Shown here piece by piece: positions 23,490 through 35,667 of a stretch of 64,000 nucleotides of DNA. Numbering within the stretch: position 1 is the first letter of the stretch; every line of letters begins with the position of its first letter. Position numbers and translations under genes: made by a program. Under the pieces are notes generated by a model. The model was not told where the DNA came from and ran no database searches. It worked only from the letters and a program-made list of their open reading frames with translations. The DNA comes from Heptranchias perlo. Lineage: Eukaryota. The DNA is taken from contig NC_090339.1 in NCBI RefSeq assembly GCF_035084215.1, forward strand, positions 54,188,001 through 54,252,000, in the 5' to 3' direction.

Positions 23490-24170
23490 GTAAGGTCCTG
23501 AGGGGACTAGAAGGGGTAGATGTTGAAGGGATGTTTCCCCTTGTGGGAGAGACTAGAACTAGGGGCCACAGTTTAAAAATAAGGGGTCTACCATTTAATG
23601 TAAGGAATCTTACAACACCAGGTTATAGTCCAACAATTTTATTTTAAAATCACAAGCTTTTGGAGATTATCTTCTTCGTCAGGTGAGTGAGTGAGTGAAA
23701 GGTTCTCAAATCGCATATCTTATATTAGGCTGGGACACGCTCACACCAATCAAAGGTGTTGTTGGTGTTCAGACAGGTTAGCCACAGAAAACAGTTATCT
23801 GAATACACAATGGGTCAGGTTGGTGACCTGGTGTTGTAAGATTCCTTACATTTGTCCACCCCAGTCCATCAACTGCATCTCCACATCATGTCTCCCATTT
23901 AAGACAGAGATGAGAAGAATTTTTTTCTCTCAGAAGGTTGTGAGTCTGTGGAACTCCCTTCCCAGAGAGCGGTGGAGGCAGGGTCATTGAATATTTTTAA
24001 GGCTGAATTAGATAGATTCCTCATTAACAAAGGAGTCAAAGGTTATAGTAGGTAGACTGGAAAGTAGGGTTGAGATCACAATCAGATCAGCCATGAGCTT
24101 ATCAAATGGTAGAGCAGGCTCGAGGGGCCAAATGGCCTACTCCGGCTGTTAATTCGTATGTTTGTATGTA
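23490..24170 (+). mobile_element. CR1 3' fragment containing the Penelope-like insert
   Basis: FPLVGETRTRGHSLKI.../FKTEMRRIFFSQKVVSLWNSLP; tail ggcctactcc. Confidence 0.8.
23599..23889. mobile_element. Short Penelope-like retroelement insert with inverted end, inside a CR1 fragment
   Basis: 25-bp inverted repeat (23599-23623 vs 23826-23850); 13-bp TSD gtct(a/c)ccatttaa; hammerhead-like CTGACGA..stem..CAAAA on the - strand. Confidence 0.7.
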
Positions 24171-24714
24171 CACGAAAAATAGCCAGTTGAGAAATGTAGC
24201 AGACGGTGGCCATTGCCCACAGAACCAGCACGGAGTCAATGCCTTCAGGAAAGCAGGGGAGAAAATCGTCAAGAGAAAAAAATTAACTATAGGAAATAAT
24301 GACCAAGTCCAATTCATTATTTAATATTTAACCAGACTGCACAATGCATGTTTACTGCTGAGCTAAAGTACAGTACTGTTCACATTCCTGCATACAGATT
24401 TATTGCTGATGCAAAATGAAGGTGATAAATCAAAATGCAATTTCCAATAATTGATTTACGATGCGGTTTGTACTGCCAGTTTCAAATCGATGTTTTTGAT
24501 TCCAAACCAATGCTAAAGTAGCACTGTTATGAATTTGGGTCTGCTACAGATATCTACTCAGGTTCAGTGGTGACAATCGGACCGTTAAACGGTCTTTTCT
24601 TTTACAGAAATTGACTCCTACTACCCTGCATCTAGGTGTGGTGTTCTTTGGTTTGGTTTGTAGGCTGCTTTATTCCATGGTAGACAAAACACTGAACATG
24701 ATGAGGGTCACTTG

Positions 24715-25393
24715 TTTTTTTTTATTCGTTCACGGGATGTGGGCGTCGCTGGCAAGGCCAGCATTTATTGCCCATCCCTAATTGCCCTTGAGAAGGTGGT
24801 GGTGAGCCGCCTTCTTGAACCGCTGCAGTCCATGTGGTGAAGGTTCTCTCACAGTGCTGTTAGGTAGGGAGTTCCAGGATTTTGACCCAGCGACAATGAA
24901 GGAACGGCGATATATTTCCAAGTCAGGATGGCGTGTGACTTGGAGGGGAACGTGCAGGTGGTGGTGTTCCCATGTGCCTGCTGCCCTTGACCTTCTAGGT
25001 GGTAGAGGTCGCTGGTTTGGGAGGTGCTGTCGAAGAAGCCTTGGCGAGTTGCTGCAGTGTATCCTGTAGACGGTACACACTGCGCCGGTGGTGAAGGGAA
25101 TTAACGTTTAGGGTAGTGGATGGGGTGCCAATCAAGTGGGCTGCTTTGTCCTGGATGGTGTCGAGCTTCTTGAGTGTTGATGGAGCTGCACTCATCCAGG
25201 CAAGTGGCGAGTATTCCATCACACTCCTGACTTGTGCCTTGTAGATGGTGGAAAGGCTTTGGGGAGTCAAGAAGTGAGTCACTCGCCACAGAATACCCAG
25301 CCTCTGACCTGCTTTTGTAGCCACTGTATTTATGTGGCTGGTCCAATTAAGTTTCTGGTCAATGGTGACCCCCAGGATGTTGATGGTGGGGGA
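24715..25393 (-). mobile_element. 3' part of a young non-LTR retrotransposon (CR1/L2 group, 'gggcaataaatgctggcc' tail family)
   Basis: C-terminal ORF2 remnant AGQRLGIL...YKAQVRSVMEYSPLAW; poly-A tail; nearly identical to the copies at 49.5-53 kb. Confidence 0.85.
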
Positions 25394-27767
25394 TCATCAG
25401 TTCAACTTCTGTTCATTGTACTGTTACAAAATAAATAAAGAACACGTGTATGCTAGCCCACTTTGGTAGGTCCTTTACTTAACATGAAAAATCGAACAGT
25501 CCTTGAACAGGGCTGAGGTTCTACACTTGCTCTCTGCTGCCTCTTTTGCAACCTTTCTGCTGCATCTGTTCCAATGTTAATAAGGAGCATGAAACATTTA
25601 TTCAGAGGAGCTGACCTCAGGATTTATGGTGAGATCAGTTCTCCATTGAACAAGAGTGTGGAGCGCACGCTCAAATTCCAACTCGCTGGAAGTGCACTCG
25701 GTCCAGAATTTTTATCCTATGGTCAATATGAAATTGAGATGTAGACACATCATGTGGAAAACTCCCTAATAGACTTGGTGCATTGGAATCACATTTGGCA
25801 GGGATTCAGTCCACTCTGCAAGTTACTGCAGTAGTCCAATCAATTATTCAAGTTAATTCAGATGACATGGTAATGGTTTTCAAGCTACTCTCACTGTTGG
25901 TTTTAGCAGTCTAAATGCTGCAGTGCAATTTGATCTGCAATTTGGCTTTGCTGACAAGAGCTGTAATATATTCAGCTCAGAGCTGGTTTGGTTAAGATCA
26001 GAGATGGCTCACAGTGGGGGTGTAGGTCCTACATCACAACAGTGACTACGCTACAAAAAGTACTTAATTGGCTGTAAAATGCTTTGGGGCGTCCCGAGGT
26101 TGGCAAAGGCGCTATATAAATGTATGTTCTTTCTAGTGGATGGTAGACTGCGGGATACCTAGTTTACCCACTTTTCATATTCAGAGTCTAAGGTATGAAT
26201 GAGGATTAAACCTAGCACTTTACAGTTAGTTCTCATGCACATATCTTCCATATACATCACTAGGGCTGATCTTACAAATTCACCTTTCCGGCATACAGCT
26301 TTGCATTCCTAGTGTGAAGCTTTCTGTGCTACAAATACATATCAGTAGGCCCCACAGGATTAACTGTCTATTCATAAGGCTCTAGGCAGATTCTGTAACA
26401 AAGAGGGTTTTTTATTCCATAACTGTTATATCATCATTGATTCATTATGTAATGAAAGCATAGATGCTATTATTAAGAAATCACCTGCTTTACAATAGCA
26501 GTCAGAGGAATGATACACACATATTAAGCGTTTGTCTGCTAATATCGTCCAGTCATTTTTAGGTTCAAAACAGTTACTGGTAATAGTAAGAATAAATCTG
26601 AAAGGAGAGTCAAGAAGCATTAATTTTACTAACAGTGGATTACCACTGTGCATTATTCACAATTTTAGTTGTTTTTGTCTGTCTTAATGGGATAAATTTT
26701 CTCATATCAAATAGTATGTATACACGACAGAACATAAAGTCTACACCAAAATGCTGATAAACGTACCAAATAAAGTTTCAAAAATCAAACTTTTCTTGTG
26801 GGCACTCACTCAGACCCTTAGAAAATAAATGCCATACATGACGTGCAGTGTACTCACTTGTAAAATTGCTGCTGCACTACTGCTTGCAGTCTACACTGTG
26901 TGGAGGATCAATAGGCATTTGGAGTATTAAGCACAGTTAGATAACCACTTGGCTACTCAGCAAAATGCTGCACAATTTGATTTGAAACGCTTAGGGTGAG
27001 ACTGGTCAATGCTGTGCCTGTGTTGGCATCAAATCTATGCCTTTATCAGAAGTCTTTCTGGTCTCCAGTGAGATGAAAGCAGCAACAGTTGAATGGGACA
27101 TTGTCACTAACTACCTCAGTTCATAGTATCATTCTCCATATAGTTGTGTCTATTCCCTCTAGTAATAAACACAGCCCACAAACAATATACATTCAGGAAG
27201 CAATACATGGACCTCACAGGGTAGGCATAGCAATACAACAGACAGGGTACAAGCCACAACATATTTCACAATACCAATGCTCTTCCAATATTTAAAGGTA
27301 ATTAATGCAGATGTTGTGGTTCTTGAAACCAGAATCATAGTTCCTAAAACCCATCTATTCATCAGTTCCCTGTTGTTCAAAGAGCCCAGGCCAGAACTGA
27401 TTTAAAGTGAAAGCATTTATTTCAGTTAAGGATATTTACATTCACCAGAAGGAATCTCAGGTTCTGCATTTGAAACTACCTGTATTTAAAATGAGTGGTA
27501 TCCCTTGCAGTTGATGCAGATTGTGGAGCGATGCCTTGATGCTGTTATTTCCATGTGGGTGTAGCCCACTATTCTAAGAATATAATGCAACCAGCAAATC
27601 TGTAAGTGGATTGGTCAGTGTCAACTGATACCTCTGGTGAACTGGGGAAGTGGAGTTATCTCCCTCCTCCACCAATGAAAATGTATTACCTCCTCAATAT
27701 TGTGTAATGACACAAACATTCCTCCCTGGTGAGCGGAAGAATACAGTTGCAGTAGTCTCTATATAGT

Positions 27768-27850
27768 TCTCTCTCTCTCTCTCTCTCTCTCTCGCTTTCT
27801 CACATTCTCTCCACTACCTCTCTCTCTCTACTCTCCCCTCTCTCTCTCTC
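27768..27850. repeat. (CT)n microsatellite, imperfect
   Basis: Visible CT dinucleotide runs. Confidence 0.9.
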
Positions 27851-29544
27851 CACCCCTCCTTGTCTCTATTATATATGGCAGATGTTTTCTTTGATTTAAA
27901 AAAGAAAACTGCAAATATTGTTAGCCACTCAGAAATCAAGAAATTGCTTATTGGTCCCTCTACCCTCCTTCCTAATTCCCTGCGATGGATAAAACCAGCA
28001 ACCAATCTAAACACTCACGCAAGACATATGTGAAAACGCAAGGTAGATACGGATGAGGAGGCCCATTCAAGCTCATCTATTCAGAAAGAAAACTTACAGT
28101 CCCCCATATTCTCACAGCATTCAACTGTTTGTAAAATTATTCCAGAGGTTTTGTCTCACGACCCTACTCAGAAGTCCATTTGTGTGAAAAAGAACTTTGA
28201 GACATCGGTCCTAAATTTGCCTTTGCCACTTTGAATCTGTGTTCACTTTTCCTAGTGTCATGGGTTAACCTGAAATAGTATTTAATTCTACTTCAATTAT
28301 GATGATAACATATGGAATTTGAGGTTATTTCACACAGACAACACATTTAATTATTGTATTTTAGTCAGATCTGCAACTTAATTCATGTTAGATAGACCAG
28401 TTAAGCAACACAGTTGTTTTCAAAGTTGAAACTGCTACACAACCATGCAAACTATTATGTAACTAATGAAGGTGTTACATAGCCCATATCAAATTTAGGC
28501 AAGCAAGTTGAAAAAGTCTTAAATGTTAGCAGAGAACCATCAGCTCTGTAACCTTTAAATTTTAACTGGCATTTGCATACGAACACAAATGCACAAACCT
28601 GATTGCCGTGGCCACAGTGATCCAAAGCCAGTAATAGAACTTGGGTCAGAATTTTTAAGTGTGGGTCTCAAACCAATATCTGCAGTGCAACAAAACCCCA
28701 AGGGTGTATTAACACTGCAAGTTTGGTATTGATGAGAAGCAATTTCCAGTTTACACTGATACCAATTTTTCAGTGTAAGTCCAGAGTCAGGGTGCAACTG
28801 TGGAATGAAGCGGAATGAGTGTACCAGGAAGTGTGTAGCCTTACTCCAATTTGGTTTGACACCACATGGAGTGCATATCTAGTGAGGTGCCAAACCTGGT
28901 TTACAAAATGCCCAGGCATTCTACTGGGATTCCTGAGCAATCTTTCATACTTCTTTGAGCTGAATTTAAGTGTTTGGAGAGCAAGGGTTCTCCCCTCTGT
29001 AAACATTTAAATTTTTAATATTGGGAGAGTGTTCTGCACATGGGTGCATCCAGGCGAGCACACAGCTCTCACCCAAGGACGGTTAGAACTCCAGCGATAT
29101 AAAACAGGGTACTGTGTGATTGGAACCTGAACTGCAACTACCAGTTCAGATCAGCAGCTGCAATATAAATACACCCTACATTGTATTCTAATAATATTTA
29201 TAGACAGTAACTATAATTACCCTGTTGTACTACTGTGAATGGTAACAGAAACATTCAGTGGTAAAATTACCCACACAAGGCAATCTAGATTTTATCACCA
29301 CAAACAAAAAGTACCCATTTAAAAAATTGGGAAAATACCATATAAATTGCCCAATTACATGTGGTGTACAAACACAGACCAAAAGCAGTTGCAACAGCTA
29401 TTTGCACTATGCTTAGGATATTTTATTAAAATTTTGAGGCACAGGACAAATCATTTTTTTTCCTACCCTCAAACTACTAGTGAAGAATACATCAGGGGCA
29501 CGGAGTCAATTTAGTGATACAAAAACATACATGTTCTGAATAAA

Positions 29545-29650
29545 AGGTAAAAACAGAAAATTCTGGAAATACACAGTAGGTCCTTCAACATCTATAAGGA
29601 GCAAAGACAGGTTAACATTTCAGGTGTGGACCCTTCATCGGAACTGAAAA
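29545..29650 (-). mobile_element. Penelope-derived short repeat with a hammerhead-like core
   Basis: Minus strand reads cagttCCGATGAagggt-ccac-acctGAAAtgttaac; homologous to 1589-1690. Confidence 0.6.
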
Positions 29651-31136
29651 CTGATAGTTAAGCAAGCTGCTTAGTTGGGTTGAGAAAGGGAGGAAGGACA
29701 AACAGATCACAGAAGGTTAATGGGTTGAATATCCTGCAAACTGCTTAAATCAAAAACCAGGAAACTATTAGATGATATAAAAGATTATCTCAGTGTGGTA
29801 GTGAAAAGGCAACAAAAGAACAAAACAGCGTGCAAGTAGCTAAGATGATGAAAAGGCATGGGAAACATCCACACAGGGAAAACGGTAAGAGAGTGGGAAC
29901 ATGGAAAAAACAACTGCACACGCAGGAGGTCTCAAGTGAAAGCACAAGATTTTGTAAACATACAGTATGTGCGTCTGTCCCAAAAAAGGCCACCACCCCT
30001 GAGCAGACCCCCTTGACAGAACTGGGGTCTATCTCTCCTCCCCCTGACACTGACATATTCTACTCAACACCCCCTGCTGTGAGGAAAATTAAGGATTATA
30101 GCCAAGGTCTGAAATTACTGAAGTCAAAATTCAGACCAGAGGACTGCAGAATATGCAAAAGAGGAAACAGATACTGTTCCTGTAGAACACTTTAAATATT
30201 ATTCATATTTGAAAACATTGATTTGCATGCTAACACTGCATTTTTTCACAATGTGTTGAAAATTAGTGTAACAATATTTCTGTACTATTTCAAATTTAAA
30301 TTTTAAATGTTGCCATGAACTCAAATTCAAGTTTGCAACTCATTTAAAAAAAAGCATTTCACATAATGTCTGGTATTTTTGCTCTCAGTATCTGGTTAGT
30401 TTTATTGTCCATTATTATTAGTGCTGATCTTTATAACTGAGTCGAATCACAGAAACAACAAAGATCGCCCAGACAGTATTCACACAGTGAATAACCGGTC
30501 TCAAAAAGGAGTAAGAATATTTTAAAATCCACAGAGGCGTTGTATAAAGATGTTCTAATCATCCGAACTTTAAACGGATTAACTTTCTGAAAAGAGTACC
30601 GAAAATGCACGTTTAGGTTATATTGGCCAAAGTTGAATAATCTTTCATCTTTGTGATCCGGTCAACCACATCTGCTTCTGATAATAATCACGTACCTTCT
30701 AAACGTACAGGACAGATATTATCAAACCAGTTTATTATTATTATTCTCGTTAATTCCTTTTCGAATTTACATCAAAAAAGAAACACAACAGTGATCCTAA
30801 TCCGGTGTTCCGCCCAAACTCCAGCTACTTAGTGAAAGTATATGCGTGACAGATTTGAATGAACATCATTCTGCAGCGATTCTTCCGCGTATGTCAAAAA
30901 CGTAACAGGGCTTTCCCCGAATAGACCATTTGAAAAAGGGAAAACACGTTTCGGGGAAAAAAAAAATCACTAAAATGATATTAAAACGTACCAAAATCTG
31001 GAGGACAGATTGTTAAAATGATTTTAGGAATGACTTTTGTTTTTTTTTTAAAAATATGCACTTAGGATTATACATATATGACCAAGTCCCAGTTAAATAC
31101 AGTCCATATGGTGCCTGGGTTTCAGTCTATTATTTA

Positions 31137-32384
31137 TCAGTGGAGCTTGAGCGTACGGTCAACCTCTTCGCTTCTCCTCCTCCACCAGTAGGACAGTTTA
31201 AACAGTCTGTGTAGTGAGGCCACTCTGGACAATTTCGCTGGACCGTCCACTTGATCGTCCGCCGCCGGGAGCCCAGCCTGTCTCTGGGGGTGTCGGACTG
31301 TCCTCCTCCCCCTCCTCCTCTTGTCCTCCCCCTCGGGCACAGCCTGGGTCTCCTGCTGTTCCTCCTGAGCCCCGGCCAGCTGCCTGAGCTGACTGGGCAC
31401 GTTGCCGCCCAGGTACTGCCAGGCTTTCCTGCCGCCGTAATCACGGGCGTCCACGTCGGCGCTGTAGGCGCCCACCAGCAGCTTGATGACCATCTGGTGC
31501 CCCTGCATGGCGGCCAGGTGGAGGGCCGTGTAGCCCCCGCCGCTCGCCCGGGCGTTGATGTCGACGGGCCAGCCCCGTCTTTGCGCCAAATCCACCAGCC
31601 TGGCGAGCGTCTCGTCCTTGCCCTGCTTGGCCAGCCAGTGGGCGGCCGTCAGCCCCGTCACGAAGTCCTTCTTGTTGAGCAGGCCGGGGTCCGAGAGCAG
31701 CAGCGACGCCATCTTCTCCCAGTCGCCCCCCGCCACGGCCAACATCCACGCGTGCTCCCCGGGGTCCAGAGCCGCGCAGCCCGGGGGGCCGCTCGACTCG
31801 TCGGTGCCCGCGGAGGGCAAGGACGCCGCCGCCGCCTCCTCCTCCTCCGGCTCCGGCTCCCCGGCGCTGTCGGTCTTTCTGGTGCCCAAGGCGCTCCACA
31901 TGCCGCTGAAACCGTCCCAGCCATTGCCGATCATCAGCTCCTTCAGGCATTTCTTCCTCGTGTTGGGCGAGGGGTCCGAGGCCGGGTCCGGGGCACTTTC
32001 CCCGCCGTCTCCCCGCAAACTCTCCCGCTTTCTCACGGCCGAGCGACCTCCAGCGTCTCGGCTCCTGCCCGATGAGGTCCACCGCCGACCCACTCCCCCC
32101 TCGCCCCGCCCCGCCCGCGGGCTGGTGCCGACTGTCGCCGGGCGGCCGGCCTCGAGTCTCTCGGAGATCTCCGCCGTTTCCAGGAACCGGCCCAACAGGT
32201 GGGAGAGGCGGTTCACGTCCCCCAGCACCTCGCCGTAGCTGAGAGGCTTGCAGCCTGGCGACGGCGTGAGGCTCCGGTCGCGCTCGGAGGCGGGCAGCGC
32301 ATCTCCCACCGGGCGGTAAGGGGCACCCGGACCGGCCGCCGCCAGGAACCGGCTGTGGCTCATCTCACCGACCTTCTCAAACAT
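31137..32384 (-). CDS. SOWAHD: Sosondowah ankyrin repeat domain family member D, single coding exon
   Basis: 415-aa GC-rich intronless ORF; SOWAH-type segment LDPGEHAWML...DFVTGLTAAHWLAKQG...GYTALHLAAMQGH...DARDYGGRKAWQYL; in-frame TAA 8 codons upstream of the ATG; paralog assigned by position next to SEPT6. Confidence 0.88.
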   Translation of the reverse strand: MFEKVGEMSHSRFLAAAGPGAPYRPVGDALPASERDRSLTPSPGCKPLSYGEVLGDVNRLSHLLGRFLETAEISERLEAGRPATVGTSPRAGRGEGGVGRRWTSSGRSRDAGGRSAVRKRESLRGDGGESAPDPASDPSPNTRKKCLKELMIGNGWDGFSGMWSALGTRKTDSAGEPEPEEEEAAAASLPSAGTDESSGPPGCAALDPGEHAWMLAVAGGDWEKMASLLLSDPGLLNKKDFVTGLTAAHWLAKQGKDETLARLVDLAQRRGWPVDINARASGGGYTALHLAAMQGHQMVIKLLVGAYSADVDARDYGGRKAWQYLGGNVPSQLRQLAGAQEEQQETQAVPEGEDKRRRGRRTVRHPQRQAGLPAADDQVDGPAKLSRVASLHRLFKLSYWWRRRSEEVDRTLKLH

Positions 32385-32393
32385 CCTCAGCCT

Positions 32394-33050
32394 TCTCTCC
32401 CCAGTTTACCCCCTCTCTCTCTCCCCAGTTTACCCTCTCTCTCTCTCCCCAGTTTACCCCCTCTCTCTCTCTCCCCAGTTTACCCCCTCTCTCTCTCCCC
32501 AGTTTACCCCCCTCTCTCTCTCCCCAGTTTACCCCCCTCTCTCTCTCCCCAGTTTACCCCCCTCTCTCTCTCCCCAGTTTACCCCCTCTCTCTCTCCCCA
32601 GTTTACCCCCTCTCTCTCTCCCCAGTTTACCCTCTCTCTCTCTCCCCAGTTTACCCTCTCTCTCTCCCCAGTTTACCCCCCTCTCTCTCTCCCCAGTTTA
32701 CCCCCTCTCTCTCTCTCTAGTTTACCCTCTCTCTCTCTCCCCAGTTTACCCCCTCTCTCTCTCCCCAGTTTACCCCCCTCTCTCTCTCCCTAGTTTACCC
32801 CCTCTCTCTCTCCCCAGTTTACCCCCCTCTCTCTCTCCCTAGTTTACCCCCCTCTCTCTCTCCCCAGTTTACCCCCCTCTCTCTCTCTCCCCAGTTTACC
32901 CCCCTCTCTCTCTCCCCAGTTTACCCCCTCTCTCTCTCTCCCCAGTTTACCCCCCTCTCTCTCTCCCCAGTTTACCCCCTCTCTCTCTCTCCCCAGTTTA
33001 CCCCCCTCTCTCTCTCTCCCCAGTTTACCCCCTCTCTCTCTCTCTCTCTT
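32394..33050. repeat. ~24-bp C-rich/G-rich minisatellite, about 26 units
   Basis: Unit CCCCAGTTTACCCC(C)(CT)4-6; 26 AGTTTAC cores counted. Confidence 0.97.
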
Positions 33051-33151
33051 CCTCGAGTCCTGGCCCCGATCCTGGTTGGAAGGACCAAGGTCCGTTTCAG
33101 AGCTGTACCGAGATTAACTGATACACAAATCAACTCTCTTGCTCTCCTCCT

Positions 33152-33176
33152 CACGCCCCTTTATAAACCACGCCCC
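33152..33176 (-). promoter_or_regulatory. Candidate SOWAHD core promoter (TATA box flanked by GC boxes)
   Basis: Minus-strand TATAAAGG at 33158-33165 with GGGGCGTG on both sides; no minus-strand ATG between here and 32384. Confidence 0.5.
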
Positions 33177-33198
33177 GTGGAATTTCCTCGCGTATCTA

Positions 33199-33728
33199 TA
33201 AAAATAATCATTTTGTTCACACCCATTGGTCATTGACTTGTTTTTTTTAATAAAAATCTATCTTTTTAAAATAAAAATAATCATTTTGTTCACACCCATT
33301 GGTCATTGACTTGTTTTTTTAATAAAAATATATATTTTTAAAAATAAAAATAATCATTTTATTCACAGTCAGTAGTCATTGACTTGTTTTTTTAATAAAA
33401 ATCTATCTTTTAAAAATAAAAATAATCATTTTGTTCACACCCATTGGTTATTGACTTGTTCTTTTTAATAATATATATTTTAAAAATAAAAATTATCATT
33501 TTATTCACAGCCAGTGGTCATTGACTTGTTTTTTTAATAAATATATATATTAAATAAAAATAATCATTTTGTTCACACCCAGTGGTCATTGACTTGTTCT
33601 TTTTAATAAAAATATATATTTTAAAATAAAAATAATCATTTTGTTCACACCCAGTGGTCATTGCACCACTGGGTGTGAACAAAATGATTATTTTTATTTT
33701 TAAAAATATATATTTTTATTGAAAAAAA
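33199..33728. repeat. AT-rich ~72-bp tandem array (7 direct units) ending in one inverted unit
   Basis: Recurring aaaataatcattttgttcacaccca(t/g)tggtcattgacttg; turnaround at 33659-33664. Confidence 0.93.
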
Positions 33729-35425
33729 ACTTTAGCCCGACATTTGGAGTGTCCCTTTTTGCCCTGTTTTCTTCTCCTCTGTGTTTCTAAGTTAGACGTA
33801 CAGCGGCTGGAGCAGCCTGACCTTTGCCTTCTAATTCAGGGAGTGTTTCATTGCTCGTTGCCCCTTCTGCTACACGTCATCATAACTCTATTCATTTGCT
33901 GCTGACTTGCTGTCAAAACTTCCCCATGTCAATAAATATGTTTAAAATAATCTGCTGCGTCGACCCTTAAAGTGGAACTCAGTCACGTGTTTTTGTTCTC
34001 GTTAGTTGCAAAAGCAGAATAGAAATGTCACCAAAAAAACCCCACAAGCTCAGATCAGGAAGAAACATTAAAATAAATCTCCACTGTTAATAAAGCTATC
34101 AGAATCTCTCTTCTATTTTTAAATAAAAACAAATCTAAAATTCAAAGACTAGCTTTGAGTTGATTAAACAAATATTGTTCTGATTAAATTATCCGTGAAT
34201 TAAGCAAGAAGGGGTATCTGGTTTGAAATAAAATAAATGGGAAATTACAGAATCGATCTTGGATGTGTCGCTCACGTCCAAGCTTTGCTCCTACAATCAG
34301 TTACGGCGCATTTACCTGTTATTATTTAGCATATGCAGGTCCTTGAAGTTCATAAGATACTGGAAGTATTTGCAAGGATTAAGAAAGTTTAAACATTAAA
34401 ATTAGGTTACTGGAAACAATTAGTTTCTTTTTATTTTCATTGAAACCATTGACACAAATTGAAAGCCCTTTGGGAACCCAAAACACGTCCTATGTCCTTA
34501 AAGGTAGTAATCTCTGGATTACCCCCAGTACCACACGCTAATGAGTATAGGAATAGTAGAATAAGACAGGTTAATGCGTGGCTGGAGAAATGGTGCAGGA
34601 TGGAGGGCTTCCGATTGCTGGGGCATTGGGACCAGTTCTGGGACAGGAGGGATCTGTTCAAGATGGACAGGTTGCACCTCAACAGAGCTGGGACCAATGT
34701 CCTCATGGGGAGGTTAACTAGTGCAGTAGCGGAACATTTAAGCTAATTTGGCAGGGGTTGGGCACCAGGATGAAACATTAGTGAGGAGAAACAAGGTGCG
34801 CAGAGGACTGAAAGGGACAATTAACACAAGAGTAGGGAATAGTTCAGAATTAGGATGGATCAGACAGGGGGCAAATGTGAGGCAGTCTAAGATGAGTTTG
34901 GAGTGTATATGCATAAATGAACATAGCATGGTGAATACGGTTGGTGAACTGCAAACTCAAGTCGCCACATGGAACTATGATATAATGGCAATAACAGAGA
35001 CCTGGCTCAAAGAAGGAGAGGATTGGGAACCTAATATTCCTGGCTACAAGTTATTCAGGAAAGATAGAGAAGGAAAGGAAGACTGGGGGGAGGTGGGGCA
35101 GTATTGATCAAAGAAACTATTATAGCATTGGAAAGGGATGATGTAGTTGAGGGGTCAAAGACAGAATCTATGGACCTGATTTTAGCAGGCCTGCGGGTTT
35201 CGGGAGCGTGGTCAACACGCTCGGTGAAATTAGTGGGTTGCCCGCGCGATCGTAGCAGGCAAACCACCAATGGGATCCAATTACCTGCTCCTCCGGGCTC
35301 CGTGCTGCTGGTCTGCGCGTCGGGCGGGCTGCGCATGCGCAGTACGATCTGTCAGCTGGAGGCTCTCTGGTTAAAGGGGCAGTCCTCCACTGGCAGATGC
35401 TGCAACCAATAGAACACATTACAGC

Positions 35426-35667
35426 ATGGAGCAGCCCAGGGGGAAGGCTGCTCCCAGTTTAATGATGCCTCACCCCAGGTATCACCAGATGGGGTGAGGA
35501 GGGGGAGGACAGAGATCTTCCACCCGGCGGGCGGGAGGAAGCGGCCTGCCTCTGCCACCAAGAAGGCCTGGCTCGAGGTGGCAGAGGAGGTCACCTGCAC
35601 CACCAACATATCGCCCACCTGCATACAGTGCAGGAGGCGCTCCAATGACCGCAGTAGGTCAGCCACA
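35426..35667 (+). pseudogene. Harbinger Myb/SANT-like DNA-binding protein, first exon (1-nt frameshift)
   Basis: MEQPRGKAAP/FNDA...RTEIFHPAGGRKRPASATKKAWLEVAEEV...CIQCRRRSND; probable donor gtgaga at 35668. Confidence 0.8.

Noticed and set aside
31130-32238. Several long overlapping ORFs (274, 227, 213 and 104 aa) antisense or out of frame to SOWAHD
   Set aside because: Expected shadow ORFs in very GC-rich coding DNA; no recognisable domains
32199-33154. ORFs with repeating LSLSPVYP / NWGERERG peptides
   Set aside because: Translations of the minisatellite; variable unit lengths shift frame, and an in-frame stop precedes the SOWAHD ATG
32394-33728. Regularly spaced repeats resembling a CRISPR array
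   Set aside because: Eukaryotic context, no unique spacers (only CT or A/T run-length variation), no cas genes
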